Assembly: GCA_965223905.1 (NCBI GenBank)
Contig: CBDCXV010000009.1
Location: forward strand, 128,001 to 192,000
DNA from: Candidatus Latescibacterota bacterium
GTDB taxonomy: Bacteria > Latescibacterota > UBA2968 > UBA8231
Reading direction: 5' to 3'
Length of the DNA stretch: 64,000 nt
The notes below the pieces were generated by a model, which saw nothing but the letters and a program-made list of their open reading frames with translations, made no database searches and was not told where the DNA came from. Positions 50,042-58,794 of this stretch are shown here, in pieces (positions within the stretch are counted from its first letter, which is position 1; every line of letters starts with the position of its first letter). The translations under genes were made by a program, and so were the position numbers.

Positions 50042-51097
50042 ATGAGCGAACTGGTTCACATCGAAACAGCTGCCGCCAGACCGGCGCCCCGCCCGCGGGT
50101 CACGAAGTCGAATCGCGACCTGCTGGCCGGCGACTGGCCGCGCTTCTCCGACGTGCTCGACGAGCACGCCTTCCTCCTCGAGCGCCGCCGGCTCACCACC
50201 CTGCAGGTCAACGTCGGCAAGCTCTGCAACCAGACCTGCCGCCACTGTCACGTCGAAGCCGGCCCCACGCGCACGGAACAGATGACCCGCCGGACCGCGG
50301 AGCGGGTCGTCGAGCTGATGGACCTGCCCGGCGCCGGTGATCTCGACCTCGTCGACATCACCGGCGGGGCGCCGGAGCTCAGCCCGCAGTTCCGCTTCCT
50401 CGCCGGGGAAGGGCGCGCCCGCGGCCTCCGCGTCATCGACCGCTGCAACCTCACCGTGCTCTTCGAGCCGGGCCAGGAGGACACCGCCGGCTTCCTGCGC
50501 GACCACCGGGTCGAAGTCGTCGCCTCCCTGCCCTGCTACTCCAGCGAAAACGTAACCCGGCAGCGGGGGGAAGGGGTGTTCGCCAAGAGCATCGAGGCGC
50601 TGCAGTTGCTCAATTCCCTCGGCTACGGGCAGGAGGGTACCGGTCTCGTCCTCGACCTCGTGTACAACCCGGTTGGGGCCTTCCTGCCGCCGGACCAGGA
50701 GGAGCTGCAGAGCGACTACAAGGAGCGCCTGCTCGCCGACTTCGGCATCCTCTTCAACCGGCTCTACACGATCACCAACATGCCGGTGAAGCGCTTCCTG
50801 TACGATCTCAAGCACAGCCACGGGCTCGAGGAGTACATGACCCTCCTGGTCAACAGCTTCAACCTGCAGGCCGCGGAAAACGTCATGTGCCGCGACCTGG
50901 TCTCCATCGGTTGGGAGGGGACCGTCTACGACTGCGATTTCAACCAGATGCTCGAGATGCCGGTCCCGGGTCCGCACCGCAGCATCTGGGACCTCGACTC
51001 CCTCGACGAGTTCAACCGCGGCACCATCGCCGTCGCCGACCACTGCTTCGGCTGCACTGCCGGGGCCGGCAGCAGCTGCAGCGGCTCCCTGGACTGA
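50042..51097 (+). CDS. arsS: ArsS-type radical SAM / Cys-rich (DUF3641) protein
   Basis: LQVNVGKLCNQTCRHCHV (CxxxCxxC), DITGGAPE, IDRCNLT, ASLPCY, YDCDFNQML, HCFGCTAGAGSSC. Confidence 0.88.
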   Translation: MSELVHIETAAARPAPRPRVTKSNRDLLAGDWPRFSDVLDEHAFLLERRRLTTLQVNVGKLCNQTCRHCHVEAGPTRTEQMTRRTAERVVELMDLPGAGDLDLVDITGGAPELSPQFRFLAGEGRARGLRVIDRCNLTVLFEPGQEDTAGFLRDHRVEVVASLPCYSSENVTRQRGEGVFAKSIEALQLLNSLGYGQEGTGLVLDLVYNPVGAFLPPDQEELQSDYKERLLADFGILFNRLYTITNMPVKRFLYDLKHSHGLEEYMTLLVNSFNLQAAENVMCRDLVSIGWEGTVYDCDFNQMLEMPVPGPHRSIWDLDSLDEFNRGTIAVADHCFGCTAGAGSSCSGSLD

Positions 51098-51241
51098 GCA
51101 CTACCCCCGGTCACCGGCAGTCTTCCTGGAATCGCGGCATCTTTCGACGGGCGCCGCAACCAGATAGGCGCGACTCTGTCGGAAACCGGTCCATACCGCC
51201 GTCGCGGGTGGCGCCACATTGCCCGCGGTCCGGCATGGGGT

Positions 51242-51342
51242 CGCATGCAATTCCGGCGCATCCGGCCGCCGCATCCCTTCCTCGACGTCACTTTCGCTCG
51301 CCGTGATACCCCGGTGCGGACTCGCTCAAGCGCCCTGCGAGC
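51242..51342 (-). repeat. Dispersed degenerate intergenic repeat, copy 3 (internally deleted)
   Basis: Minus strand GCTCGCAGGGCGCTTGAGCGAGTCCGCACCGGGGTATCACGGCGAGCGAAAG resembles 10670-10709; its 3' part GATGCGGCGGCCGGATGCGCCGGAATTGCATGCG resembles the 3' ends of copies 1 and 2. Confidence 0.6.
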
Positions 51343-51376
51343 CGCGGGAACAGGCTGGACGTAGCAGGCGCGAAGG

Positions 51377-53788
51377 CTATCCCCCGCCTTCCCCCACGAT
51401 CAGGGGCAGCGTCCGGGAGATTTCCGCCGGCGGGAGACAGCGGCTGTCGTCACAGGCCTGGTACTGCAGCAGCAGCCGCAGCTCTCCTGTGGCTGCTGCT
51501 GCAGTTCCGGCGTCGACCGTCCCCGTAAGCGCGGTTCCGCTGTCGTACACCGACAGGGTTTCTCCTAGGGCTTCGAGAAAGAGCGGCCGCCCCGCGGGGT
51601 AGCCGACCGCGGACAGGCGTACCGGAAGGTCGGAGTTGGCGATCAGCGAGGTCGGTATCAGCCAGTCGTGGGAGGCGGGGTTCGAGTTGACGTGCCAGCC
51701 GCCGGCCAGGCGCAGCACGAGCCGGAACTCAGCGCTGCCGCCGGGTGTCAACCGCAGTTCTTCCGGCGAGGTCTCCAGCGCCAGGATTTCCGGTTGGAGC
51801 GGGGCGCCTGGGCCGACGTCGCCGCGTGCCGGGAGCCCATGACGGGGTGAGCCCGGGCCCCCCGGGTCGCCCGCCAGGTAGTCGGCCGCGGCGGATGCCA
51901 GGTGGGTATGGGCCGCTGGACTGGCCGCCGCGGCTCCCCCGAAGCGGCGGAGGATCCCGGCGGCCAGCTCCCAGTAGGACGAGTCCCCGGTTGCCCGGGC
52001 CAGGTGCAGCAGGGAGATCGCCGCCACGGCGTTCGGCGACGGCAGCGCCGAGTCGGTGCCGATGGTGCTGCGCGCGATCAGGTCGGCTCCCCCCTCCGAA
52101 AAGAAGAAGCCGCCGCTGTCCGGGTCGCGGAAGCGGTCGATCATTTCGTCGCAGATTCCCCGCGCCTCGACCAGCCACTGCTCCTCCCCGGTCGCCCGGT
52201 GGAGCGCCAGCAGGCCTTCGGCGAGGAAGGCGTAATCTTCGAGAAAGGCTCGTTGTTTCGCCGCCTCGTTGCGGTAGACCCTCTTGAGCTCACTCGACTT
52301 CGAGCGCATCCGTTCGAGCACGAAGCGCGCCGCTTTTCCGGCGCGAAGCCCATACCCGGGGTCTTTGAAGGCCGCCGCGGCTTCCGCATAAGCAGCGATC
52401 ATCATGCCGTTCCATGAGGCGATGATCTTGTCGTCGAGGAGCGGGTACTCGCGCTCGTTCCGGGCCTGGCGCAGGGAGGTGCGCAGGGGGTCGGCGCGGG
52501 CGGCCAGTTGGGCCTCGGACCACCCTCTTTCCGCGGCGGTGCGGCCGGCGTCGTTGCCGCGGAACACCACCCCTTCACCTCCTTCCGGCATCGGCGCGAG
52601 CTGGTAGATCTCGAAGAAAAGGCGCTCCTGTTCCGGCCCCAGAAGTTCGCGAATCCCCGCCTCGGTCCAGGTGTAGTATTTCCCCTCGACGGCATCGGTC
52701 TCGGCGTCGAGGGCGGAGTAGAAGGCGCCCTCCGGGGAGGTCATTTCCCTGTCGAGGAAGCGGAATATGTCATCCGCCACGAGGCGCCAGCGTTGGTCCC
52801 CGGTAAGAACGAAGGCGCGGGTGTAGAGGCGGGCGAGCTGCGCCTGGTTGTAGAGCATCTTCTCGAAATGGGGGACGCGCCAGCGCGCGTCGGTGGCGTA
52901 GCGGTGGAAGCCGCCGCCGACCTGATCGTAGATGCCCCCGTCCGCCATCGCCCGCAGCGTGTGGTCGACGACGGAGATGGCGTTTTTGCGGCGCTCCGCC
53001 ACCCAGGGATGCAGCAGGAATTCGAGGTCGATCGCCGGCGGAAACTTTGGGGCGCCGCCGAAGCCCCCATGGGTGCCGTCGTAGCGGTCGAGGATCGCGT
53101 CGGCCGCGGCGAGGACGAGGGTGGTGTCCGGATCCCGGGGAGGAGCCGAGCCCGCGGACAGGTGGCCCCGGATCGCCGCGGCGACCTCGCCCGCGGTTGC
53201 GTCGACCCGTTCCCTGCTGTTGAGCCAGTGGTGGCGGAGGTTGCCCAGCAGGGTCGGAAAGCCGGGGCGGCCGTAGCGGTCCTCCGGCGGGAAGTAAGTG
53301 CCGGCGTAAAAAGGCTCCAGCTCGGGCGTCAGGAACACGGAGTTGGGCCACCCGCCGTGGCGTGTCATCATCTGGGTGGCCGACATGTAGATCCGGTCGA
53401 TGTCGGGGCGCTCCTCGCGGTCGACCTTGACGTTGACGAACCACTGGTTCATCAGGGCGGCGATCTCCGGGTCGGCGAACACCTCCCGCTCCATCACGTG
53501 GCACCAGTAACAGGTGCTGTACCCGACCGAGAGAAAGATCGGCAGGTCCTCCTGCCGCGCCCGCGCGAAGGCCTCCTCCCCCCAGGGATACCAGTCGACC
53601 GGGTTGTGGGCGTGCAGCAGCAGGTAGGGGCTGGTCTCCCCGGCGAGGCGGTTGGAATACGGAAGGTCCGAGGGGTCCGAGGGGTCCGAGGGGGCATTTT
53701 TTGCCGCCGAACTGCCCGGGGTCAGGCAGAGCAGGGTGGATGCCAGGCAGGCTGCGGGGAAAACCCCCGGTAGTCGGAGCAGTCTCAA
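51377..53788 (-). CDS. DUF255/YyaL (SPATA20-like) thioredoxin-domain protein with C-terminal DsbD-N-like domain
   Basis: [52 protein letters not shown]; C-terminal GWHVNSN...[12 protein letters not shown]; start uncertain. Confidence 0.88.
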   Translation of the reverse strand: MRLLRLPGVFPAACLASTLLCLTPGSSAAKNAPSDPSDPSDLPYSNRLAGETSPYLLLHAHNPVDWYPWGEEAFARARQEDLPIFLSVGYSTCYWCHVMEREVFADPEIAALMNQWFVNVKVDREERPDIDRIYMSATQMMTRHGGWPNSVFLTPELEPFYAGTYFPPEDRYGRPGFPTLLGNLRHHWLNSRERVDATAGEVAAAIRGHLSAGSAPPRDPDTTLVLAAADAILDRYDGTHGGFGGAPKFPPAIDLEFLLHPWVAERRKNAISVVDHTLRAMADGGIYDQVGGGFHRYATDARWRVPHFEKMLYNQAQLARLYTRAFVLTGDQRWRLVADDIFRFLDREMTSPEGAFYSALDAETDAVEGKYYTWTEAGIRELLGPEQERLFFEIYQLAPMPEGGEGVVFRGNDAGRTAAERGWSEAQLAARADPLRTSLRQARNEREYPLLDDKIIASWNGMMIAAYAEAAAAFKDPGYGLRAGKAARFVLERMRSKSSELKRVYRNEAAKQRAFLEDYAFLAEGLLALHRATGEEQWLVEARGICDEMIDRFRDPDSGGFFFSEGGADLIARSTIGTDSALPSPNAVAAISLLHLARATGDSSYWELAAGILRRFGGAAAASPAAHTHLASAAADYLAGDPGGPGSPRHGLPARGDVGPGAPLQPEILALETSPEELRLTPGGSAEFRLVLRLAGGWHVNSNPASHDWLIPTSLIANSDLPVRLSAVGYPAGRPLFLEALGETLSVYDSGTALTGTVDAGTAAAATGELRLLLQYQACDDSRCLPPAEISRTLPLIVGEGGG
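53665..53691. repeat. 9-bp tandem repeat x3 (encodes PSDPSDPSD linker)
   Basis: GGTCCGAGG x3. Confidence 0.8.
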
Positions 53789-54099
53789 GAAGCGGTTCCG
53801 GTCATGTGGATGAGGCAATCGATGTTTGATCGGTGAAGGTGTTCGATGAGGAGCTGTGCCTGTAGCCGGAATGTGCGCGGCAGTGAGCCTGCTCTCTTTA
53901 AGGGACACAAGCTCGGCAGAAATCATCCGGTTTCATCGGCTCAGAAAAAGATGTTGGTGTCGAACCTGCATGGGGCAGCCGGCCGCGGCAGAGGCCGTAA
54001 AGGCTGCCCCGGCAGCTTGTTCCCGACCTGCCGAGCAGCTAAGATAGCTCCCTTCCCCTCGCAAATCACTTCGCAACTCTACAACCGCAAGGAACATTC

Positions 54100-55731
54100 A
54101 TGGCCATATCCAAGCACGGACTCAGGCATCGACCCACCGTAATGGGAAGGCGGGGCATGGTCTCCTCCGCCAACCCCCTCGGCTCGCTGGCCGGGCTGCG
54201 CATCCTCATGCAGGGCGGCAACGCCGTCGACGCCGCGGTGGCGACCGCGGCCGCCCTGAACGTGGCCGAGCCCTACATGTCGGGGATCGGCGGCGTCGGG
54301 TACATGCACATCTACAGCGCCCGCGACCAGGAGCACAAGGTGCTCGACTACATAGGGCTGACTCCCGCGGCCGCGGACCTTTCCCTGTTCGACGCGGAGA
54401 AAAAGGGGAGCGGGCCGCTGTCCCCCATCGTGCCCGGCGCCTGCGGAGGCTGGCTCGAGGCCCTGCGCAAGTACGGGACCATGGACCCCGAGACGGTGTT
54501 CGCCCCGGCGATCGAGCACGCCGAGCAGGGGATCGCCCTGACGGTCAGCAACAACTTCTTCTTCGAGGCCTGCGAGCCGACCCTGTCGAAGTATCCCTCC
54601 TCGGCTTCCAACTACCTGGTGAATCGCCGCGCCCCACTGCCCGGCGATATACTCGTACAGAAGGATCTCGCCGAGACCTTCCGCGCCGTCTGCCGCTCCG
54701 GACCGGAGGTGTTCTACACAGGGAAACTCGGGGAGATGACGGCCGCCTTCCTCGCCGAGGTCGGCGGGCTGATCACCAGGGAGGACCTCGCCGGCTTCGA
54801 GCCGGTCTGGCTCGACCCGGTCTGCATCGACTACCGCGGCTACAGGATCTGGGCGCCGCCACCCCCCTGCCAGGCGGTGCAGTATCTAGAAACCCTCAAC
54901 ATCATGGAGGGGTACGACGTCGCCGCCATGGGGCACAACACCGCGGAGACCCTCCATACCTTCCTCGAAGCGGTCAAGCTGTCGATAGCCGACCGCGCCG
55001 AGTACGCCGCCATCGGGAATCCACCGACCTCGGGCCTGTTGTCGAAGGAGTTCGCGGCGAAGCGCAGGGAGCTGGTCGGCGACCGGGCGCAGCCGTGCGG
55101 CGGCGACCTCTACACCGCCGAGAAGATGGAGAACGAGGTGGTCGCAGGAGACCCGTACCCCTACGTCCTCAACGAGTGCACGACCCATTTCGACACCGTG
55201 GACGCCGACGGCAACGCCGTCGCCTGTACGCAGAGCCTGGGGAGCGGTTTCGGCTCGGCGATGGTGGTGCCGGGCACCGGGGTGGCGCTCAACAATTTCA
55301 TGAACTGGTTCGACCTCGAGCCGCAAAGCCCGAACGCCATCGGCCCGTTGAAGAAGAACGAGATGTGCATGTCGCCGATTCAGGTCTGGGACGACGGCGG
55401 CCTGCGCCTGCTGATCGGCACCCCGGGAAGCCACGGGATCCTGCAGACGACGCCGCAGATGATCATGAACGTCCTCGACCACGACATGAACCCGCAGGCG
55501 GCGATCGAGGCGCCGCGCGCCAGGACCAGCAGGGGTTTCAAGATCGGCGCCGAGGACCGCATCGGCGCAGAGGTCTTCGCCCGGCTCGAGGAGCGCGGGC
55601 ACGTGATCGAACGTCTCGGAGACTGGACCCCCGGCGTGGGAGGCGGGCAGGGGATCATGATCGACCCCGAAAGCGGTTCCTTCACCGGCGGGGCCGACCC
55701 CAGGCGGGACGGCTATGCGCTAGGGTGGTGA
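54100..55731 (+). CDS. ggt: Gamma-glutamyltransferase family protein
   Basis: GGNAVDAA, SGIGG, VPG, CTTHF (nucleophile Thr), GFGS, GTPG, GGADPRRDG. Confidence 0.92.
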   Translation: MAISKHGLRHRPTVMGRRGMVSSANPLGSLAGLRILMQGGNAVDAAVATAAALNVAEPYMSGIGGVGYMHIYSARDQEHKVLDYIGLTPAAADLSLFDAEKKGSGPLSPIVPGACGGWLEALRKYGTMDPETVFAPAIEHAEQGIALTVSNNFFFEACEPTLSKYPSSASNYLVNRRAPLPGDILVQKDLAETFRAVCRSGPEVFYTGKLGEMTAAFLAEVGGLITREDLAGFEPVWLDPVCIDYRGYRIWAPPPPCQAVQYLETLNIMEGYDVAAMGHNTAETLHTFLEAVKLSIADRAEYAAIGNPPTSGLLSKEFAAKRRELVGDRAQPCGGDLYTAEKMENEVVAGDPYPYVLNECTTHFDTVDADGNAVACTQSLGSGFGSAMVVPGTGVALNNFMNWFDLEPQSPNAIGPLKKNEMCMSPIQVWDDGGLRLLIGTPGSHGILQTTPQMIMNVLDHDMNPQAAIEAPRARTSRGFKIGAEDRIGAEVFARLEERGHVIERLGDWTPGVGGGQGIMIDPESGSFTGGADPRRDGYALGW

Positions 55732-56462
55732 GCGGCTCCCCCATCGGCTTCGTTGCCCAGTGCCTCGCAGGCAGCGGCGAACTCGGCGGAGGTACTGGTG
55801 TAGCCGATGACGTGCTCGAAGTTGCGGAACACGATCTTGCGCAGCCATCCGCCCTCCTCGAGGCGGTCGTCCACCGTGTCGGAGTACTCCCCCGAGTGGG
55901 TGCAGTCCCGCAGCATGATCACCCGGTAGTTGTGCTCGACCGCTCCGGCGGTGGTCTGGTAGAGGCATGCCCGCTGGCTGAACCCCACCGCGATCAACGT
56001 CTTGATGTCGCGGCAGCGCAGGTGGTAGTCGGTGTGGGTCTCGTGGAACCCCGACCATTCCCGCTTGGGAAAATCCGGCTCGTGCGCCAGCGGCCGGATC
56101 GAGGGTGAGTAGTCGGGCTTTACGGGGGTCCGGGCCGGGGCCGGCCGCTCTGCGGCCCCGGGAATGCCCCAGCGCGTTCCGTGCAGCTCGCGCTTGATGC
56201 TGCCCGGCTCGTCGACGAGCGAGAAGTCGTTGTGAATGTAGAAGACGTGCATGCCGGCCTTGCGCGCCGCGGCCAGGGCCGGCGCGATCCCCTCCTCCAC
56301 GTGCGGATTCCCGGAGCCGCAGTCGCTGTCGACGACCATGAACGCGGTGCGTTCCACCTCGAGCTCGAGGGTGGCGTAGCGATGCCCTTCCTCCCCGTAC
56401 CGCTGTCCGTTGTAGTTGCCCGCCGGGCCGAACCAGCGCACCGGCAGTTTCAGCAGGGTCAT
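55713..56462 (-). CDS. Isochorismatase/cysteine hydrolase family protein
   Basis: RTAFMVVD, PKREWSGF, GFSQRACL (Asp-Lys-Cys triad), LRDCT. Confidence 0.82.
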   Translation of the reverse strand: MTLLKLPVRWFGPAGNYNGQRYGEEGHRYATLELEVERTAFMVVDSDCGSGNPHVEEGIAPALAAARKAGMHVFYIHNDFSLVDEPGSIKRELHGTRWGIPGAAERPAPARTPVKPDYSPSIRPLAHEPDFPKREWSGFHETHTDYHLRCRDIKTLIAVGFSQRACLYQTTAGAVEHNYRVIMLRDCTHSGEYSDTVDDRLEEGGWLRKIVFRNFEHVIGYTSTSAEFAAACEALGNEADGGAAHHPSA

Positions 56463-56469
56463 CGGGCTC

Positions 56470-57816
56470 CTATCCGAACCAGGAGGGTTTCGGTGTCGCC
56501 GGCGGCCAGTAGCCGTCGGGGTCTTCGTCCCACTCGCGGCCGCACATCCGCGAGATGACCACCCACTCCGCGGCGGTGAGGTGGCCGTGGTTGTGGAAAA
56601 GGAAGCGCTTCAGTCCGGCGGTTTCCGAGGCGGTGAGTATGCGCTGCAGGTCGCCTGCCGTCATCGGGTCGCCGGAGTGCGGCATGCGCCCGGTGTCGAC
56701 CCAGGGCATGATTTTGGCGGGATCCCCCACCGCAGCGATGGCGCGCCGCGTTTCCCGCTGCACCACTTCGTCGAAGAAAGCCTGGGGAAATCCGAGCTCC
56801 AGGTCGGCGAGGCGCTCCACCTCGGGCAGCTCGATCCCCATCCAGGCGCGCAGGACGGTCCAGCAGTCGTCCTCCGTCAGGCCCGGGTTCCATTCGGCGA
56901 TCTGTTTCACCCAGCGCGCGATCGTCCCGTACATGCCGTCGAAGCCGCGATGCCAGAAGTAGTGCTTCACCAGCAGGATATCGACGATCTCGTCCCAGGC
57001 GTGGAAGTCGAGGGCGGTCATTCCCGAGAACATCGCCGAGCGCGGACCGTTTCCGAGCAGCAGCTTGCGCGGCATTCCGTCGAGCTCGCCGCGGAACGCC
57101 CGTCCCTCGCGAAGGCCGTCATCGCGGCGCCAGCGCAGCCAGTAGAGGGGGTCCTCGTCGATGTCGAACAGGTTCATCGCCGACAGGACCCCGCCCTCGG
57201 CGTAGTAGCGGACCTGGGACGGGGTGAAGCTGTGGAAACGCCGGTGCAGGTGCTCGCGGCCCCGCTCCAGGCGTCCGGCATCGTAGCCGCGTGCCTCTGC
57301 CGCCTCCTTCTGCGACTCGTTCAGCTCGCGAAACACGGCGTTGCCGTGGTGGTAGACGAGCTCGTACGCCGATTCCGTCCAGCCGTCCATGATGCCGCCG
57401 TCCGCTTCGGGAAAGGCAGCGAACACATCCTCCCATAGCCCGGCCTGCAGCTGTGTGCGGTAGGGATCCTCGGCCAGCGGCAGGGCGGTCGCCTCCGCGG
57501 TCCCGAAGCCGGGGCAGAAGATCATCAGGCTCCAGCCGCGGCGCTTGGCGTCTTCCAGCATCGCGTGCAGGAGGCGTTCCTTGGCCGGGTTGCAGGGGAC
57601 GTCGCGACGCGCGACCTCGAGGCCGCGCGCGCGGTACGGGTCGAGGCTGCTCTCGAAGGCCGGGACCGTGAAGTTCCCGTCGTCGGCGGCGAACAGCAGG
57701 CGCCCGAAGACCATGCCGCGGATGCCGCCGGCCTCCCAGGCGTCGAAAATGCGCTCGTAGTCGTCCATCACCACTTCCAGCGGCTGGCCGATCCGGATCC
57801 ATGGTATCAGTGCCAT
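56470..57816 (-). CDS. Hypothetical protein (possible TIM-barrel enzyme)
   Basis: 448-aa ORF with coding-like composition, 7 bp upstream of the isochorismatase gene; no recognised family motif. Confidence 0.75.
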   Translation of the reverse strand: MALIPWIRIGQPLEVVMDDYERIFDAWEAGGIRGMVFGRLLFAADDGNFTVPAFESSLDPYRARGLEVARRDVPCNPAKERLLHAMLEDAKRRGWSLMIFCPGFGTAEATALPLAEDPYRTQLQAGLWEDVFAAFPEADGGIMDGWTESAYELVYHHGNAVFRELNESQKEAAEARGYDAGRLERGREHLHRRFHSFTPSQVRYYAEGGVLSAMNLFDIDEDPLYWLRWRRDDGLREGRAFRGELDGMPRKLLLGNGPRSAMFSGMTALDFHAWDEIVDILLVKHYFWHRGFDGMYGTIARWVKQIAEWNPGLTEDDCWTVLRAWMGIELPEVERLADLELGFPQAFFDEVVQRETRRAIAAVGDPAKIMPWVDTGRMPHSGDPMTAGDLQRILTASETAGLKRFLFHNHGHLTAAEWVVISRMCGREWDEDPDGYWPPATPKPSWFG

Positions 57817-57852
57817 AACGGCTGCTCCCGTTGTCTCAAGTTCCGACAGGCC

Positions 57853-57887
57853 AAAGAAAAAAGCCGCTCCATCTGGAGAAGCGGCTT
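57853..57887 (-). terminator. Intrinsic terminator
   Basis: AAGCCGCT..stem..AGCGGCTT followed by TTTTCTTT on the minus strand, just after the stop at 57910. Confidence 0.6.
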
Positions 57888-57909
57888 CCTGTGCCAGAGC
57901 CCGGCGGGG

Positions 57910-58626
57910 TCAGTTGCCCGGCTCTCCGGCTGTCTTGTATTCCAACTCGTTCCAGATCTCTTCATCATCCGCGATGGGGGGATCGTCGACCTCCTCGTTG
58001 CCGATATCGGTGGTATCGGTCGCGTCCCCCGCGCCGTGCCAGCCGTGGCGAATCCGTTTCAGTTCCAGCCGTTGCTCGACCGTCAGCAGGGCCTCGAAGG
58101 CCTTGCGGTGTTCCTCCAGCAGGCCGACGGCGTCGACGAGACCGGATGCCTCCCCGGCGGCGTAGCGGGCGCGCTGCCGCTGCAGGAGGTCGAGCCAGCG
58201 GCGCTGCTGCTCCTCCGTGAGCTCGAGGGCGTCGACGAGGTGACCCGGCTTCAGCCTGCCGGGGGGAGCGGCGAGCATGCGCTCCTCGATGAACTCGCGG
58301 CCCCGCGCCAAAAACAGGCGCTGATCCTCCGACAGAATCCGGTCCCGCTCCGCGGTGTGTGCGCGCAGGGCACGGCGTACTCGCTCCCGGCCCTCTCCTG
58401 GCGTCAGCATCCCTTCCTCGACCTGCCGTCTCACGGACTTCACTTCCCGCTCCAGGGCAGCCCGCAGGTCCCGCAGGCTGGTTTCCTGGCTCTCCGTCAG
58501 GTTGAGCGCGTTCCGCACCCGCTGGCGGAAGCGCTCCGGGTCGAATCCCTCCCCGCCATCCTCTCCAGGTTGCGGACGGGCGGGCCCGGAACCGGCCAGC
58601 AGCAGTGCGATCAGTACGAGTGTCAT
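57910..58626 (-). CDS. Secreted helical protein, Spy/CpxP-like (LTxxQ repeats)
   Basis: Signal-like MTLVLIALLLAGSGPA; LNLTESQ, ILSEDQ, LELTEEQ, LLTVEQ motifs; acidic tail; alternative start 58707. Confidence 0.7.
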   Translation of the reverse strand: MTLVLIALLLAGSGPARPQPGEDGGEGFDPERFRQRVRNALNLTESQETSLRDLRAALEREVKSVRRQVEEGMLTPGEGRERVRRALRAHTAERDRILSEDQRLFLARGREFIEERMLAAPPGRLKPGHLVDALELTEEQQRRWLDLLQRQRARYAAGEASGLVDAVGLLEEHRKAFEALLTVEQRLELKRIRHGWHGAGDATDTTDIGNEEVDDPPIADDEEIWNELEYKTAGEPGN

Positions 58627-58794
58627 TATCCGGAGCCTGGATCGCCACGAACCAGCAGGCGGCCTTTTCCGCCCCGAGTCGGGCGGTCCCGCCGCCGGAC
58701 GGTTCATGGCAGTGCCGTCGCTGAATATACGCAGGGAGAGGGGAACTTGAACGAGTTCCGGCGAGCACTGAAATTCTGGCCCCAGGTTTCCCCA

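Noticed and set aside
50042-51097. Selenocysteine recoding in ArsS or DUF3179
   Set aside because: The relevant positions are TGC/TGT Cys codons; the TGA at 51095-51097 follows the complete GSSC.G.L terminus.
57565-58794. N-terminal extension making a 965-aa ORF
   Set aside because: It is antisense to the Spy-like gene; coding character begins at MTEHLP (58795).
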